Shown: one piece after another, positions 21,937 through 31,662 of the stretch | Layout of the letters: each line of letters begins with the position of its first letter | Position numbering within the stretch: position 1 is the stretch's first letter | From: Myxococcales bacterium | GTDB lineage: Bacteria > Myxococcota_A > Polyangia > Polyangiales > DASUME01 | Assembly (NCBI GenBank): GCA_047601445.1 | Contig: JASGJH010000001.1 | Coordinates: forward strand, 2,368,001 to 2,432,000 | Length of the DNA stretch: 64,000 nucleotides | Direction: 5' to 3' | Made by a program: the position numbers and the translations under genes | Notes under the pieces: generated by a model | The model's database searches: none | What the model was told of the DNA's origin: nothing | The model's input: the letters and a program-made list of their open reading frames with translations, nothing else

Positions 21937-22857
21937 TCAATTCTCCGCGAGATATTTTGCAATTCCCCTGGCCATTCCAAGGGCGAGCGCGTCCCGGTAT
22001 GCGGGTGTCGTCAGCGCTCGGGCCTCGTCAGGCTGAGTGATGAAACTGGCCTCGACCAGCACGGACGGCATCTGTGCGCCAACGAGCACATAGAACATGG
22101 CGCTCTTGATGCCGCGGTCGGCGAGCTCCGGGAGCAGACGGCGGCCCTGGGCGAGGGTTTTCTCCTGCACCGCGTGGGCTAGCCGCTCCGAACGTTCGCG
22201 CTGCTCGCGACGCACCAGGGTCCCCACCAGAAACTGCATCGGCGCCACGTCCGTGGTGCGCGTCCCGTTCTCCCGCGCCGCCAGGCGCAGCACGTTGCGA
22301 TCGTTGTTGGTGTCGAGGACGTAGGTCGCGACCCCGCCGCGCTCCACCTCGGTGTTGGCCGCATTCAGATGCACCGACACGAACAGGTCAGCGGCCAGTG
22401 CGTTGGCCATGCCCGCACGCTCTTCCAGGCTCAAGTAGACGTCCGCGTCGCGGGTCAGACGCGTGCGAACGTCGGGCGCGATCTCGTGCAGACTGCGCTG
22501 GAGACGACGCGCCAGATCGAGGGTCAACGGCCCCTCCCAGAGTCCTTCGAGCCCCGGAGACCCCCGGTCATCGCCACCATGGCCCGGGTCGATCAGCACG
22601 AGCGGGCCGCGGGGCTCGGGCATGGCAGCTGGGTCCGCAGCGCCTTGCGCCTCGATCGCGTGGATCAGATTCGTGAGATCGTCGGGCTGGGCGGTCTCGG
22701 TGGGGAGCGCCGGGGATGGGTGTGCCAACGCACGCAAAGTGTCCTGTGCGGCCTGCTGGCGCGAGGTCACGCCGATCCCGTCGTCGTGTGAGCAGGAACT
22801 CAAGGCGCTGCTCACCACACACAGGATTACCAGCTTCGAGAACAGTCTGGGTCTCAC
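21937..22857 (-). CDS. N-acetylmuramoyl-L-alanine amidase (Amidase_3), likely lipoprotein
   Basis: IDPGHGG, LTRDAD..SLEER..AN, FVSVHLNA, PSVLVE; lipobox LSSC. Confidence 0.9.
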   Translation of the reverse strand: MRPRLFSKLVILCVVSSALSSCSHDDGIGVTSRQQAAQDTLRALAHPSPALPTETAQPDDLTNLIHAIEAQGAADPAAMPEPRGPLVLIDPGHGGDDRGSPGLEGLWEGPLTLDLARRLQRSLHEIAPDVRTRLTRDADVYLSLEERAGMANALAADLFVSVHLNAANTEVERGGVATYVLDTNNDRNVLRLAARENGTRTTDVAPMQFLVGTLVRREQRERSERLAHAVQEKTLAQGRRLLPELADRGIKSAMFYVLVGAQMPSVLVEASFITQPDEARALTTPAYRDALALGMARGIAKYLAEN

Positions 22858-23008
22858 AATTCGCGTGTCTTGGCTTTTGCAACGACCGCGCGAAAGAGTC
22901 CACAAACCGAGGGCCGACGAGTCTGTGGCTAGGGCGTTCCGGCGATGTTAGTTTCAGAGTTGACGCGCGTGCCCCACACGCGTGAGAAGGCCGCTGGAGC
23001 CGCCCCCG

Positions 23009-24025
23009 ATGAACGAACTCGACAACGACGCATGGCCCCAGGACCAGGTGCCTCCGCAGGCCGATGGCTCGGCGCTCGACGATCAAGCCGCGCTGGCCTT
23101 CGAGATCGCCGCCATGCGCGTGCGTGCCAGCTGGGACGATCTCGACGCGCCGGGTGAGGCTTCCCCCGCCCCCGCGCCGAGCCCAGCGCCTGGCCCTGCA
23201 AACCTCGACCCCTTCGCGCCCATGGCGCCCCCTGCCGCGGCCATCGATCCTTTCGCGCCGCTTCCGGTCGCCTCCGCCACGCCCAGTCAGGCGCCGGCGG
23301 CCCCGGCACCCGTCCAGCCCCCCGCTGCGCATCCGGCGTCCAGCGGCGCCCTGGGTCCGAGCGAGAACGCGGCCATCGACACCGCGCCCATGGTGTTCCT
23401 GCAGGCCACGCCCGCCGCTCGGTCCCAGAGCTTCGACGATCCCGCCCCCACCTTCTTGCCCAAGAACCGCCTCAACGGCACCACCCTGGCGGGCGTCGCA
23501 GTCGCGGTGGCCCTGGTGGGTGCCCTCTGGCTGTTCGGCGGGAGCGACTCCAAGGAGACCGCCGAAGAGCCCGCGCCGAGCACGCCCGCGGCCCTCAACG
23601 CGCCGGCGCGGGTCGAAGCCCCTGCCTCGCCCTCGGGTGCAGTCGCTTCGGTGCGACCAACCGAAGCTCTGGCGGCCAAGACCGAGCCCGCGCAGCCCAG
23701 CACCCCGTCAGCCCTGCCGGCCGAGGTAGCGGCCAGCGTGGAGCGGCCGCTCGCCGCGTCGCCCACGCCCAGCGCCCTGCCCCGTCCCGTAGTGGAGCCG
23801 ATCGCGCCCAAGGTGGAACCCGAGCACGCGAAGGTCGCCGAGTCGCGGCGATCCAAGCGCACGCCGGCGCCAGCCGCACAGCCGCGCCCGCAACGCCACG
23901 AAAGCACGGCCAGCGCGCGGCCTTCCAAGCGCAAGGCCAGCGAGCCCACGCGCGCAGCGTCGCCGCGTGAAGCCGAGGCGGCAAAGCGCAAGGGCACGGG
24001 CTTCGTGAGCGCCAATCCGTACTGA
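23009..24025 (+). CDS. Pro/Ala-rich single-pass membrane protein
   Basis: Central TM (AGVAVAVALVGALWLF); low-complexity flanks; ends GFVSANPY. Confidence 0.65.
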   Translation: MNELDNDAWPQDQVPPQADGSALDDQAALAFEIAAMRVRASWDDLDAPGEASPAPAPSPAPGPANLDPFAPMAPPAAAIDPFAPLPVASATPSQAPAAPAPVQPPAAHPASSGALGPSENAAIDTAPMVFLQATPAARSQSFDDPAPTFLPKNRLNGTTLAGVAVAVALVGALWLFGGSDSKETAEEPAPSTPAALNAPARVEAPASPSGAVASVRPTEALAAKTEPAQPSTPSALPAEVAASVERPLAASPTPSALPRPVVEPIAPKVEPEHAKVAESRRSKRTPAPAAQPRPQRHESTASARPSKRKASEPTRAASPREAEAAKRKGTGFVSANPY

Positions 24026-24089
24026 CGCTCACGCCAGTTTGATAGAAGCGCCTACTGGGCGACGCGCACCAAGAACGACCCGTGCGCGT

Positions 24090-24118
24090 TTGACGGGTTC
24101 GAGACCGCGGCATACGGT
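24090..24118 (+). promoter_or_regulatory. sigma70-type promoter, probably giving a leaderless purM mRNA
   Basis: TTGACG-N17-TACGGT; ATG follows after 7 nt. Confidence 0.55.
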
Positions 24119-24125
24119 GCGCGCG

Positions 24126-25163
24126 ATGAGCAGTGGCCTTTCCTACCGTGATGCGGGCGTAGACATCGACGCGGGCGACGAACTCGTACGTCGCATCAAA
24201 CCTTTGGCCGAGCGGACGCGGATCCCCGAGCAGCTCGGGGGCATCGGCGGCTTCGCCGGTCTGTGCGGTCTGCCACTCGGCATGAAGGAGCCCGTCTTGG
24301 TCTCCGGCACCGACGGAGTGGGCACCAAGCTCAAGGTCGCGTTCCTGACCAATCGCCACCACACGGTCGGCATCGATTTGGTCGCCATGTGCGTCAACGA
24401 CGTCGCCACCACGGGCGCCCGTCCCCTGTTCTTTTTGGACTACTTCGCCACGGGCAAGCTCGAGGTCGATCAGGCGGCCAAGGTCATCGAAGGCATCGCC
24501 GAGGGCTGCAGCCAGGCCGGCTGCTCGCTGCTAGGCGGAGAGACCGCCGAGCTGCCGGGCTTCTACGGCGGCGGCGAATACGACCTGGCCGGCTTCGCCG
24601 TGGGAGTGGTGGAGAAGAGTGCCATCATCGACGGCAAGAAGGTGGCGCCCGGCGACGTGGTGCTCGGCGTGTCCTCCTCGGGTCTGCACTCGAACGGCTA
24701 CTCGCTCGCGCGCAAGGCACTACTCGAGCGCGCCAATCTGTCTCTCGAGGCCGTGCACCCGGCGCTCGGCGAGCCGCTGGTCGACGCGCTGATGCGCCCT
24801 ACGCGCATCTACGTGAAGTCCATCCTGGCTGCCATCGCAGCCGGTGAGATCCACTCGCTCTGTCACGTCACCGGCGGTGGATTGCCCGAGAACCTGCCCC
24901 GCGTGCTGCCTGCGAACGTGGCCCTGGAGCTCGACACTTCGAGCTGGAAGCGTCCGCCCATCTTCGATCTCATCCAGCGCTCCGCCAACGTCGAGGAGAG
25001 CGAGATGTACCGCACCTTCAACATGGGCCTCGGCCTGGTGATGTGCGTGGCCGAGCGCGATGCCGACGCCGTGCAGCGCAGCCTCGAAGCCTCGGGCGAG
25101 GTGGTGCAGCGGGTCGGTCGCGCGATCAACTACACGGGTGGCCCCCGTGTGATCTTGAAGTGA
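24126..25163 (+). CDS. purM: Phosphoribosylformylglycinamidine cyclo-ligase
   Basis: YRDAGVDI, GTDGVGTKL, GIDLVAMCVND, GGETAE, SSGLHSNGYSL, TFNMG. Confidence 0.97.
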   Translation: MSSGLSYRDAGVDIDAGDELVRRIKPLAERTRIPEQLGGIGGFAGLCGLPLGMKEPVLVSGTDGVGTKLKVAFLTNRHHTVGIDLVAMCVNDVATTGARPLFFLDYFATGKLEVDQAAKVIEGIAEGCSQAGCSLLGGETAELPGFYGGGEYDLAGFAVGVVEKSAIIDGKKVAPGDVVLGVSSSGLHSNGYSLARKALLERANLSLEAVHPALGEPLVDALMRPTRIYVKSILAAIAAGEIHSLCHVTGGGLPENLPRVLPANVALELDTSSWKRPPIFDLIQRSANVEESEMYRTFNMGLGLVMCVAERDADAVQRSLEASGEVVQRVGRAINYTGGPRVILK

Positions 25164-25828
25164 TGACCGCGCGCCTCTCGCTCGTCGTGCTGGTCTCGGG
25201 GCGTGGATCGAACCTGCGGGCACTGCAGTCCGCCATCGAGCAAGGCAGCTGCGCGGCCGAGATCCGCTGCGTCCTCTCCGATCGAGCGAGCGCGCCGGCC
25301 CTCGAGTACGCCGCCGAGCGCGGCATCGCCACGAAAGTCGTGTCGCCTCAGGCCTTCACCGACCGCGCGGCCTGGGACGCAGCGCTCGCCGAGAGCACCA
25401 GCGAGTGCACGCCGGGTCTCGTCGTCTTGGCGGGCTTCATGCGCCTGCTGGGCCCGAGCATGTTGGCGCATTTCCCGGGGCGCATCGTCAACGTCCACCC
25501 TGCCCTGTTGCCCGCTTTCCCGGGCAAAGACGGGCCAGCTCAGGCGGTCGCCGCCAAGGTGGCGCTGAGCGGCTGCACCGTGCACGTGGTCGACGCCGGG
25601 GTCGACACGGGCCCCATCCTCGCGCAGGCCGCGGTGCCGGTCCTGCGCGGTGACGACGCGGCGAGTCTGCACGCCCGGATTCAAGTCGCCGAACATCAGC
25701 TCCTGCCTCGGGTCGTCCATGCGGTCGCGCGCGGCCACTACGAGCTCGGCCCCGTACCGCGCTACGTGGGTCCCGAGCGCGACGAACCCGGTCTCCCCCT
25801 GTACGCGTGGCCGTCACTCGAGGGATGA
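25163..25828 (+). CDS. purN: Phosphoribosylglycinamide formyltransferase
   Basis: SGRGSNL, LAGFMRLL, NVHPALLP, GCTVHVVD.GVDTGPI. Confidence 0.96.
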   Translation: MTARLSLVVLVSGRGSNLRALQSAIEQGSCAAEIRCVLSDRASAPALEYAAERGIATKVVSPQAFTDRAAWDAALAESTSECTPGLVVLAGFMRLLGPSMLAHFPGRIVNVHPALLPAFPGKDGPAQAVAAKVALSGCTVHVVDAGVDTGPILAQAAVPVLRGDDAASLHARIQVAEHQLLPRVVHAVARGHYELGPVPRYVGPERDEPGLPLYAWPSLEG

Positions 25829-25832
25829 ACGG

Positions 25833-27365
25833 GTGCCGGCCAAGAACTTCTACGACGCGGTGCTGGTCGGCCTGAACCTGCCCATCCTGCTCGCGGGCGG
25901 GTTGCTCGCCAAGCGCGGCTTCCGCGTACTCGTGGTCGGACACGGGCAGCCCTTGCCAAGCTATGAAGTCGCCGGGGTCCGCATGCCGCGCAGCCCCTTC
26001 ACGCTCACCGCTGCCGACTCTCCCGCGGTCGCGCGCGTGCTGTCCGAGTTGGCCCTCAAGCAGCTGGTCCAGCGCAAGATCCGCCCCCTTTCGCCGGCCT
26101 TCCAGGCGGTGTTCCCACGCCATCGACTCGACTTCCATGCCGACCCCGAACGCGTCAGCCGCGAGGTCGAGCGCGAGTTCCCGGCCGTCCGCCGCACCGC
26201 TGACGACTTCATGCGCGGCACGCAGCGCGCCTGGGAAGGCATCAATCAGCTGGTGGCGCGCGATCTCACCTGGCCGCCCAGCGGCTTTTTCGAGCGCCGC
26301 GAGTTCACGCGCGCGTCGGTGAACCACCCGTTCGGTCGCGAGGAGCTCGGCCCCGTCCCGCTCGGCGAGCTCGCTGACGACCATCCCTTTCGCAAGCTCG
26401 CCAACGCGGTGGTGCGCTTTGCCGACGGCAGCGCGCTCGGAGAGCAACACGCCGAGCGCATGCTGCGCTTGTTCGGCGGCTGGCTGCGTGGTGCGGAGCT
26501 CATGGACGGCGGCGACGGCGCACTGTTCGAGCTGCTGATCGACAGCATCCGCGCCCACAACGGCGAGGTGCGCCTGGGCGATCGCGTGGAGCGCATCGTG
26601 GTCAAGCGACGCGCGGTGGAGAGCGTGCGCTTGTCCCCCAGCGACGAGGACGTCGGCTGCCACTTCGTGCTCAGCGGCGTGCCCGTTTCCCGCCTCGGCA
26701 GATTGCTCTCGGATCGCACCGAGCTCGACTCCTTGCTCGACGAACTCGGCCAGCCGCGTCCCCAGTTCTTCCGCTACACGCTGAACCTGCTGGTGGCGGC
26801 CAACGCGCTCCCCGAAGGCATGGCACGCAACGTGTTCCTGCTCGACGGCGAACACACGCTGGCCAAGGAGCACGCCCTGCGCGTGGAGTCCGACCGCCTG
26901 CCCGACGGCAAGCGCGCCCTGATCACGGTGGAGGCCCTGCTCCCTGCGGTGTCTCCCGAGGCCCAAGCCCAGGAGCTCACCGGCCTGCGCGAGCGCCTGC
27001 TCGGCGCCCTCGACATGCTGTCGCCCTTCATTCGCGCGCACCTCGAGCTGGTGGACTCGCCGCACGATGGCCGCGGTATCTTCCACGCCCAACAGGGCAC
27101 CTACGAAACGCCGAGCGACCACTGGACACGGGGCCCGGAGACCATGCCTGTCGTGTACGCCTTTCCGCGCACCCGCATACACGGGACTTGCGCGCTGCCG
27201 GTGCGGACCCCCATCAAACGCCTGCTTTTGTGCAATGAACAGGTGGTCCCCGGGCTCGCGCTCGAGGGATCGTTCCTCGCCGCCTGGTCCGCGGCGCGCA
27301 CCGTGACCCGCTCCTTGAACCGCGACTGGATGAACCGAGGTCGTTGGACGAAGGTGGACCTCTAA
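25833..27365 (+). CDS. Phytoene desaturase/FAD-oxidoreductase-fold protein with a degenerate Rossmann motif
   Basis: YDAVLVG....LLAGGLLAKRGFRVLVV; C-terminal TPIKRLLLC...PGL..EG. Confidence 0.65.
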   Translation: MPAKNFYDAVLVGLNLPILLAGGLLAKRGFRVLVVGHGQPLPSYEVAGVRMPRSPFTLTAADSPAVARVLSELALKQLVQRKIRPLSPAFQAVFPRHRLDFHADPERVSREVEREFPAVRRTADDFMRGTQRAWEGINQLVARDLTWPPSGFFERREFTRASVNHPFGREELGPVPLGELADDHPFRKLANAVVRFADGSALGEQHAERMLRLFGGWLRGAELMDGGDGALFELLIDSIRAHNGEVRLGDRVERIVVKRRAVESVRLSPSDEDVGCHFVLSGVPVSRLGRLLSDRTELDSLLDELGQPRPQFFRYTLNLLVAANALPEGMARNVFLLDGEHTLAKEHALRVESDRLPDGKRALITVEALLPAVSPEAQAQELTGLRERLLGALDMLSPFIRAHLELVDSPHDGRGIFHAQQGTYETPSDHWTRGPETMPVVYAFPRTRIHGTCALPVRTPIKRLLLCNEQVVPGLALEGSFLAAWSAARTVTRSLNRDWMNRGRWTKVDL

Positions 27366-27464
27366 GCTTTCCGGCGTGTGTCGAGCGGGCGCTTACGCAC
27401 GCTTCAAGCGCCCAAATTCAGTGAAATCTTCTGCTCGTGCTCCGGTCGGGTTAGCCTCGAGATC

Positions 27465-28628
27465 ATGCAACCCACCGGCGAAGCGCCACGCATCGGCCTC
27501 CACCAGCTACTCCGTGTGATGGCAGACAAGGGCGCCTCCGACCTGCACATCACCGCCAACTCGCCCCCTCAGCTACGCATCGACGGCTTCTTGGTGCCGC
27601 TCAAGGTGCCCCCACTCACGCCGGTAGAGACCAAGCAGCTCTGCTACTCGGTCCTCACCGAAGAGCAAAAAGTCGCCTTCGAGAAGCGCAACGAGCTCGA
27701 CCTCTCGTTCGGCGTGAAGAACCTCGCGCGCTTCCGCGCCAACATCTTCATGCAGCGCGGCGCGGTCGCCGGGTCCTTCCGCGCCATTCCCTTCCGCGTG
27801 CTCACCTTCGACGAGCTCGGATTGCCGCCCGTGATCGCCGACATCACGAACCTGGAGCGCGGCTTGGTACTCGTCACCGGCCCCACCGGGTCAGGCAAGT
27901 CCACCACCCTGGCGGCCATGATCGACAAGCTGAACACCGAGACGCGTCAGCACATCATGACCATCGAGGATCCCATCGAGTTCCTGCACCCGCACAAGCA
28001 GTGCCTCGTCAATCAGCGCGAGGTCCACGCCGACACGCACTCGTTCAAGGACGCGCTCAAGTCCGTGCTGCGCCAGGATCCCGACATCGTGCTCATCGGC
28101 GAGATGCGCGACCTCGAGACCATCGAGGCCGCCATGACCATCGCAGAGACGGGACACTTGGTGTTCGCGACTCTGCACACCAACACCGCTGTCGGCTCCA
28201 TCAACCGCATCATCGATGTGTTCCCACCGCACCAGCAGTCGCAGATCCGCGCCCAGCTCTCGTTCACGCTGCAGGCGGTCGTCACGCAGACACTGGTGCC
28301 CCGGGCCGACGGCCCTGGACGCGTGATGGTGCAGGAGGTCATGGTGCCCAACTCGGCCATCCGAAACCTCATCCGCGAGGACAAGGTGCACCAGATTTAC
28401 TCGATCATGCAGACCGGCCAGGGCGTCACCGGGATGCAGACCATGAACCAGGCGCTGGCCGCTGCCTACATGAAACGACAGATCAGCCGCGAGGATGCCA
28501 CGGCGCGTTCGCCCGATCCCAACGAGTTGAACAGCATGCTGGATGGGCGCTCCGGTGCGGGCGGGACACGGATGAGTACCATGGGAGGCTTGCCGAAAGT
28601 CGGACCGCGTGGGGACGGATCGCCATGA
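27465..28628 (+). CDS. pilT: Type IV pilus retraction ATPase
   Basis: ASDLHI, GPTGSGKSTT, TIEDPIE, RQDPD..IGEMRD, AETGHLV, AIRNLIRE. Confidence 0.96.
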   Translation: MQPTGEAPRIGLHQLLRVMADKGASDLHITANSPPQLRIDGFLVPLKVPPLTPVETKQLCYSVLTEEQKVAFEKRNELDLSFGVKNLARFRANIFMQRGAVAGSFRAIPFRVLTFDELGLPPVIADITNLERGLVLVTGPTGSGKSTTLAAMIDKLNTETRQHIMTIEDPIEFLHPHKQCLVNQREVHADTHSFKDALKSVLRQDPDIVLIGEMRDLETIEAAMTIAETGHLVFATLHTNTAVGSINRIIDVFPPHQQSQIRAQLSFTLQAVVTQTLVPRADGPGRVMVQEVMVPNSAIRNLIREDKVHQIYSIMQTGQGVTGMQTMNQALAAAYMKRQISREDATARSPDPNELNSMLDGRSGAGGTRMSTMGGLPKVGPRGDGSP

Positions 28629-28728
28629 ATTGCGGGAACGCTTGCCCCTCTGGTAGCATCGATTTTCATACGGGGTGAGCAGTCCCAGCGCGCGCTGACG
28701 CGTGCGCGAACACAGCAGGGCGGGCGAC

Positions 28729-29949
28729 ATGGCGGAGTGGGTCTGGGAAGCGCGCGCCCGGACGGGTGAGACCAAAAAGGGCGTGATGGAGGCCGAGTCC
28801 GCCGAGAGCGTTCAGGGCCGTCTGCGCGCCCAGAACCTCAACCCCGTCAAGGTCAAGAAGAAGCCCAAAGAGATCAACATCAAGCTCCCCGACTTCCTTC
28901 AGCCCAAGGTGAAGGAAAAGGAGCTGGTGATCTTCATCCGCCAGTTCGCCACGATGATCGACGCCGGTCTCCCGCTCGTGCAGTGTCTCGAGATCCTGTC
29001 GGCGCAGGGCGAGAACCCTCAGTTCAACAACGTGCTCAAGGACGTGAAGGGACACGTCGAGCAGGGCGCCACGTTCTCGGACGCGCTGTCCAAGCACCCC
29101 AAGGTCTTCGACGAGCTCTTCTGCAGCCTGATTCGCGCCGGTGAGATGGGCGGTATCCTCGATACCATCCTCAACCGCCTCGCGGTCTACATCGAGAAGA
29201 ACGTCAAGCTCAAGCGCCAGGTCAAGGGCGCCCTCACGTACCCCCTCTCCACTTTCGCCATCGCTCTCGGCGTGTGCGCGCTGCTGCTCGGCTACGTGGT
29301 GCCCACCTTCGAGGCGATGTTCAAGGACTTCGGCGGCGAGCTGCCAGCCATGACGGCCTTCGTGATCTCCATCTCGAACGGCTTCCTGTCGGCGGCGCCG
29401 ATGATTGCGGCGGTACTCGGCGGCTTCCTCTACCTGTGCAGCTACACCTACAAGGATCCGCGCACCAAGCCGTACTGGCACAAGTTCATGCTCAGCGTGC
29501 CGATCCTGGGCCCCGTCATGCGCAAGATCGCCGTCGCGCGCTTCACGCGCACGCTGGGCACGTTGCTCGCGTCGGGCGTGCCCATCCTGGACGCCCTCGA
29601 GGTGGTTGCGACCTCGGCCGGCAACGTCATCGTCGAGCGCGCCATTCGCTTCTCCGCCGACAAGATCCGCGAGGGTCGCACGATGGCCGAGCCGCTGGCG
29701 GAAACAGGCGTCTTCCCGCCCATGGTGGTGCAGATGATCGCGGTCGGTGAGCAGACCGGTGCACTCGACCAGATGCTCAACAAGATCGCTGATTTCTACG
29801 AAGAGGAAGTCGACGTCGCGGTGGCCGCCATGACCTCGCTGCTCGAGCCGCTGATGATGGTGGTGGTGGGCGGCATGGTCGGCTTCCTGCTGATCGCCAT
29901 GTACATGCCCATCTTCGACATCGCCGGCAAAGTCTCGGAGCAACACTAA
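28729..29949 (+). CDS. pilC: Type IV pilus platform protein (T2SSF family)
   Basis: RQFATMIDAGLPL, AGEMGG.LD..L, ARFTRTLGTLLASGVP, VGEQTG.LD. Confidence 0.95.
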   Translation: MAEWVWEARARTGETKKGVMEAESAESVQGRLRAQNLNPVKVKKKPKEINIKLPDFLQPKVKEKELVIFIRQFATMIDAGLPLVQCLEILSAQGENPQFNNVLKDVKGHVEQGATFSDALSKHPKVFDELFCSLIRAGEMGGILDTILNRLAVYIEKNVKLKRQVKGALTYPLSTFAIALGVCALLLGYVVPTFEAMFKDFGGELPAMTAFVISISNGFLSAAPMIAAVLGGFLYLCSYTYKDPRTKPYWHKFMLSVPILGPVMRKIAVARFTRTLGTLLASGVPILDALEVVATSAGNVIVERAIRFSADKIREGRTMAEPLAETGVFPPMVVQMIAVGEQTGALDQMLNKIADFYEEEVDVAVAAMTSLLEPLMMVVVGGMVGFLLIAMYMPIFDIAGKVSEQH

Positions 29950-29960
29950 GCCACGCCGTC

Positions 29961-31635
29961 GTGATCACCAGCCTCTCGCCCACCGCAGAGACCCAAACCG
30001 CGAGCGACGAGCGCGAGCTCAAGCGGCGCCTCTCGTGGCTGATGGGGGGGCGTCTGGTCGTCGCGACGTTGCTCCTGGGCGGCACCATGTTGCTCGCCAT
30101 CGGCGAGGAGCGCGGGGCATCGGCGTTCACGCCACGTTTCCTGCTCGCGCTGATCTTGGCCACCTACTGGGCCTCGCTCGGTTTTGCCCTGTGGCTCAAG
30201 CGCGCTCGTAACCTGGCGCGCTTCGCGGCCGTGCAAATCGCCTGGGATCTCGGCCTCGCCACGGGCCTGGTCTACGTGGCAGGCGGCGCCGCCAGCGGCT
30301 TCACGTTCCTTTACGGCGCCACCGTGCTCGCGGCGGCCCTGGTGGTAGGCCAGCGCAGCGCGCAGATGGCCACCGTGGCCGCGCTCTGCCTCTATCTCTC
30401 GGTGGGGTTCGGCCTGAGCAATGGCCTGCTGCCCTTCCCCGCAGACCAACCGGCAGCCCGCTACTTGCTCAAGCCCGCCGACGTCACCTTCACCATGGTG
30501 GTCAACATCCTCGGCCTATTGTTGGTGGCGTTCCTGGCCACCAACCTGGCCGGCCGCCTCCATCAAGCTGGCGGTCGCCTGCGCGAGACGGCCGCACATG
30601 CGGCCTCCTTGGCCCGCTTGAACGAGGACATCATCCGCTCCATGGCGAGTGGCCTGTTGACCACCGACGCCGCGCAGCGCGTGCGCACGATCAACCCCGC
30701 CGGACTCGAAATCTTTCGCGGCGAACGGGAGCAGATGCTCGGGCTGCCGGTATCCAGGTTCTTCCGCCAGTACGGGGCCGACGAGGCCGAAGCGCTCCGC
30801 GTGGAGTGCCTCGGCGAACGCCCTGACGGCTCGAGCTTCCCGATGGGCTTCTCCCGCACGCAGCTGCTCAGCGCCACCGGCGAGTCGACAGGCGAACTCT
30901 TCCTGTTTCAAGACCTCACCGAGCTCAAGGAGCTCAAGCGTGCCGCCGAGCGAGCCGAGCGTCTGGCGGCCCTGGGTCGCCTGGCGGCCGCCCTCGCCCA
31001 CGAGATCAGGAACCCGCTCGGTTCCATCTCGGGCTCCGTGCAGCTCGTGCGCGAGGCCGATGGACTCGACCAGGAGGACAAGCGCTTGCTCGGCATCGTG
31101 CTGCGCGAGGTCGATCGCTTGAACGGCCTGGTGAACACGATGCTCCAGGTGGGACGCCCCGCCTCCCCCACCCGCATGCGAACCGATCTCGTGGCCCTCA
31201 CGCGCGAGGTCACCGAGGTCGCTCGACGCGACCAGAAGAGCGCCGACACCCGCATCGAGGTGCAGCACGGAAGCCAGGACGTACAAGCGTGGATCGACGG
31301 CGATCAGATTCGTCAGGTGATCTGGAACCTGCTGAGCAACGCGCTCGCCCACGCCCCCCGCGGCAGCACCGTCAAAATCGAGATCTCCGCCCACGATGGC
31401 AGCGCCTATTGGAGCGTCGAGGATGAAGGGCCAGGCGTGCCCGAAGAGGCGCGCGGCCACCTGTTCGACATGTTCTACTCGAAGCGCCCCCACGGCGTGG
31501 GCTTGGGCCTGGCCCTGGTGGATCGAGATCGTACGCGCCCATGACGGCGAGGTCAGCGTGGTGAGCCCGCCCGGACGCGGCGCCAAGTTTCGCGTGCGCT
31601 TGCCCGACGCGAGCGCCGTGACCGTCAGCGCCTAG
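29961..31635 (+). CDS. pilS: PilS-like PAS sensor histidine kinase; frameshift near 31521-31528
   Basis: Multi-TM N-terminus, PAS, AHEIRNPL, NLLSNA, DEGPG, GLGLAL; C-terminal IVRAHDGEVSV..GRGAKF continues in another frame. Confidence 0.8.
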
Positions 31636-31662
31636 GGGGTGGACGCCCCGTAGCGCGGGCGC

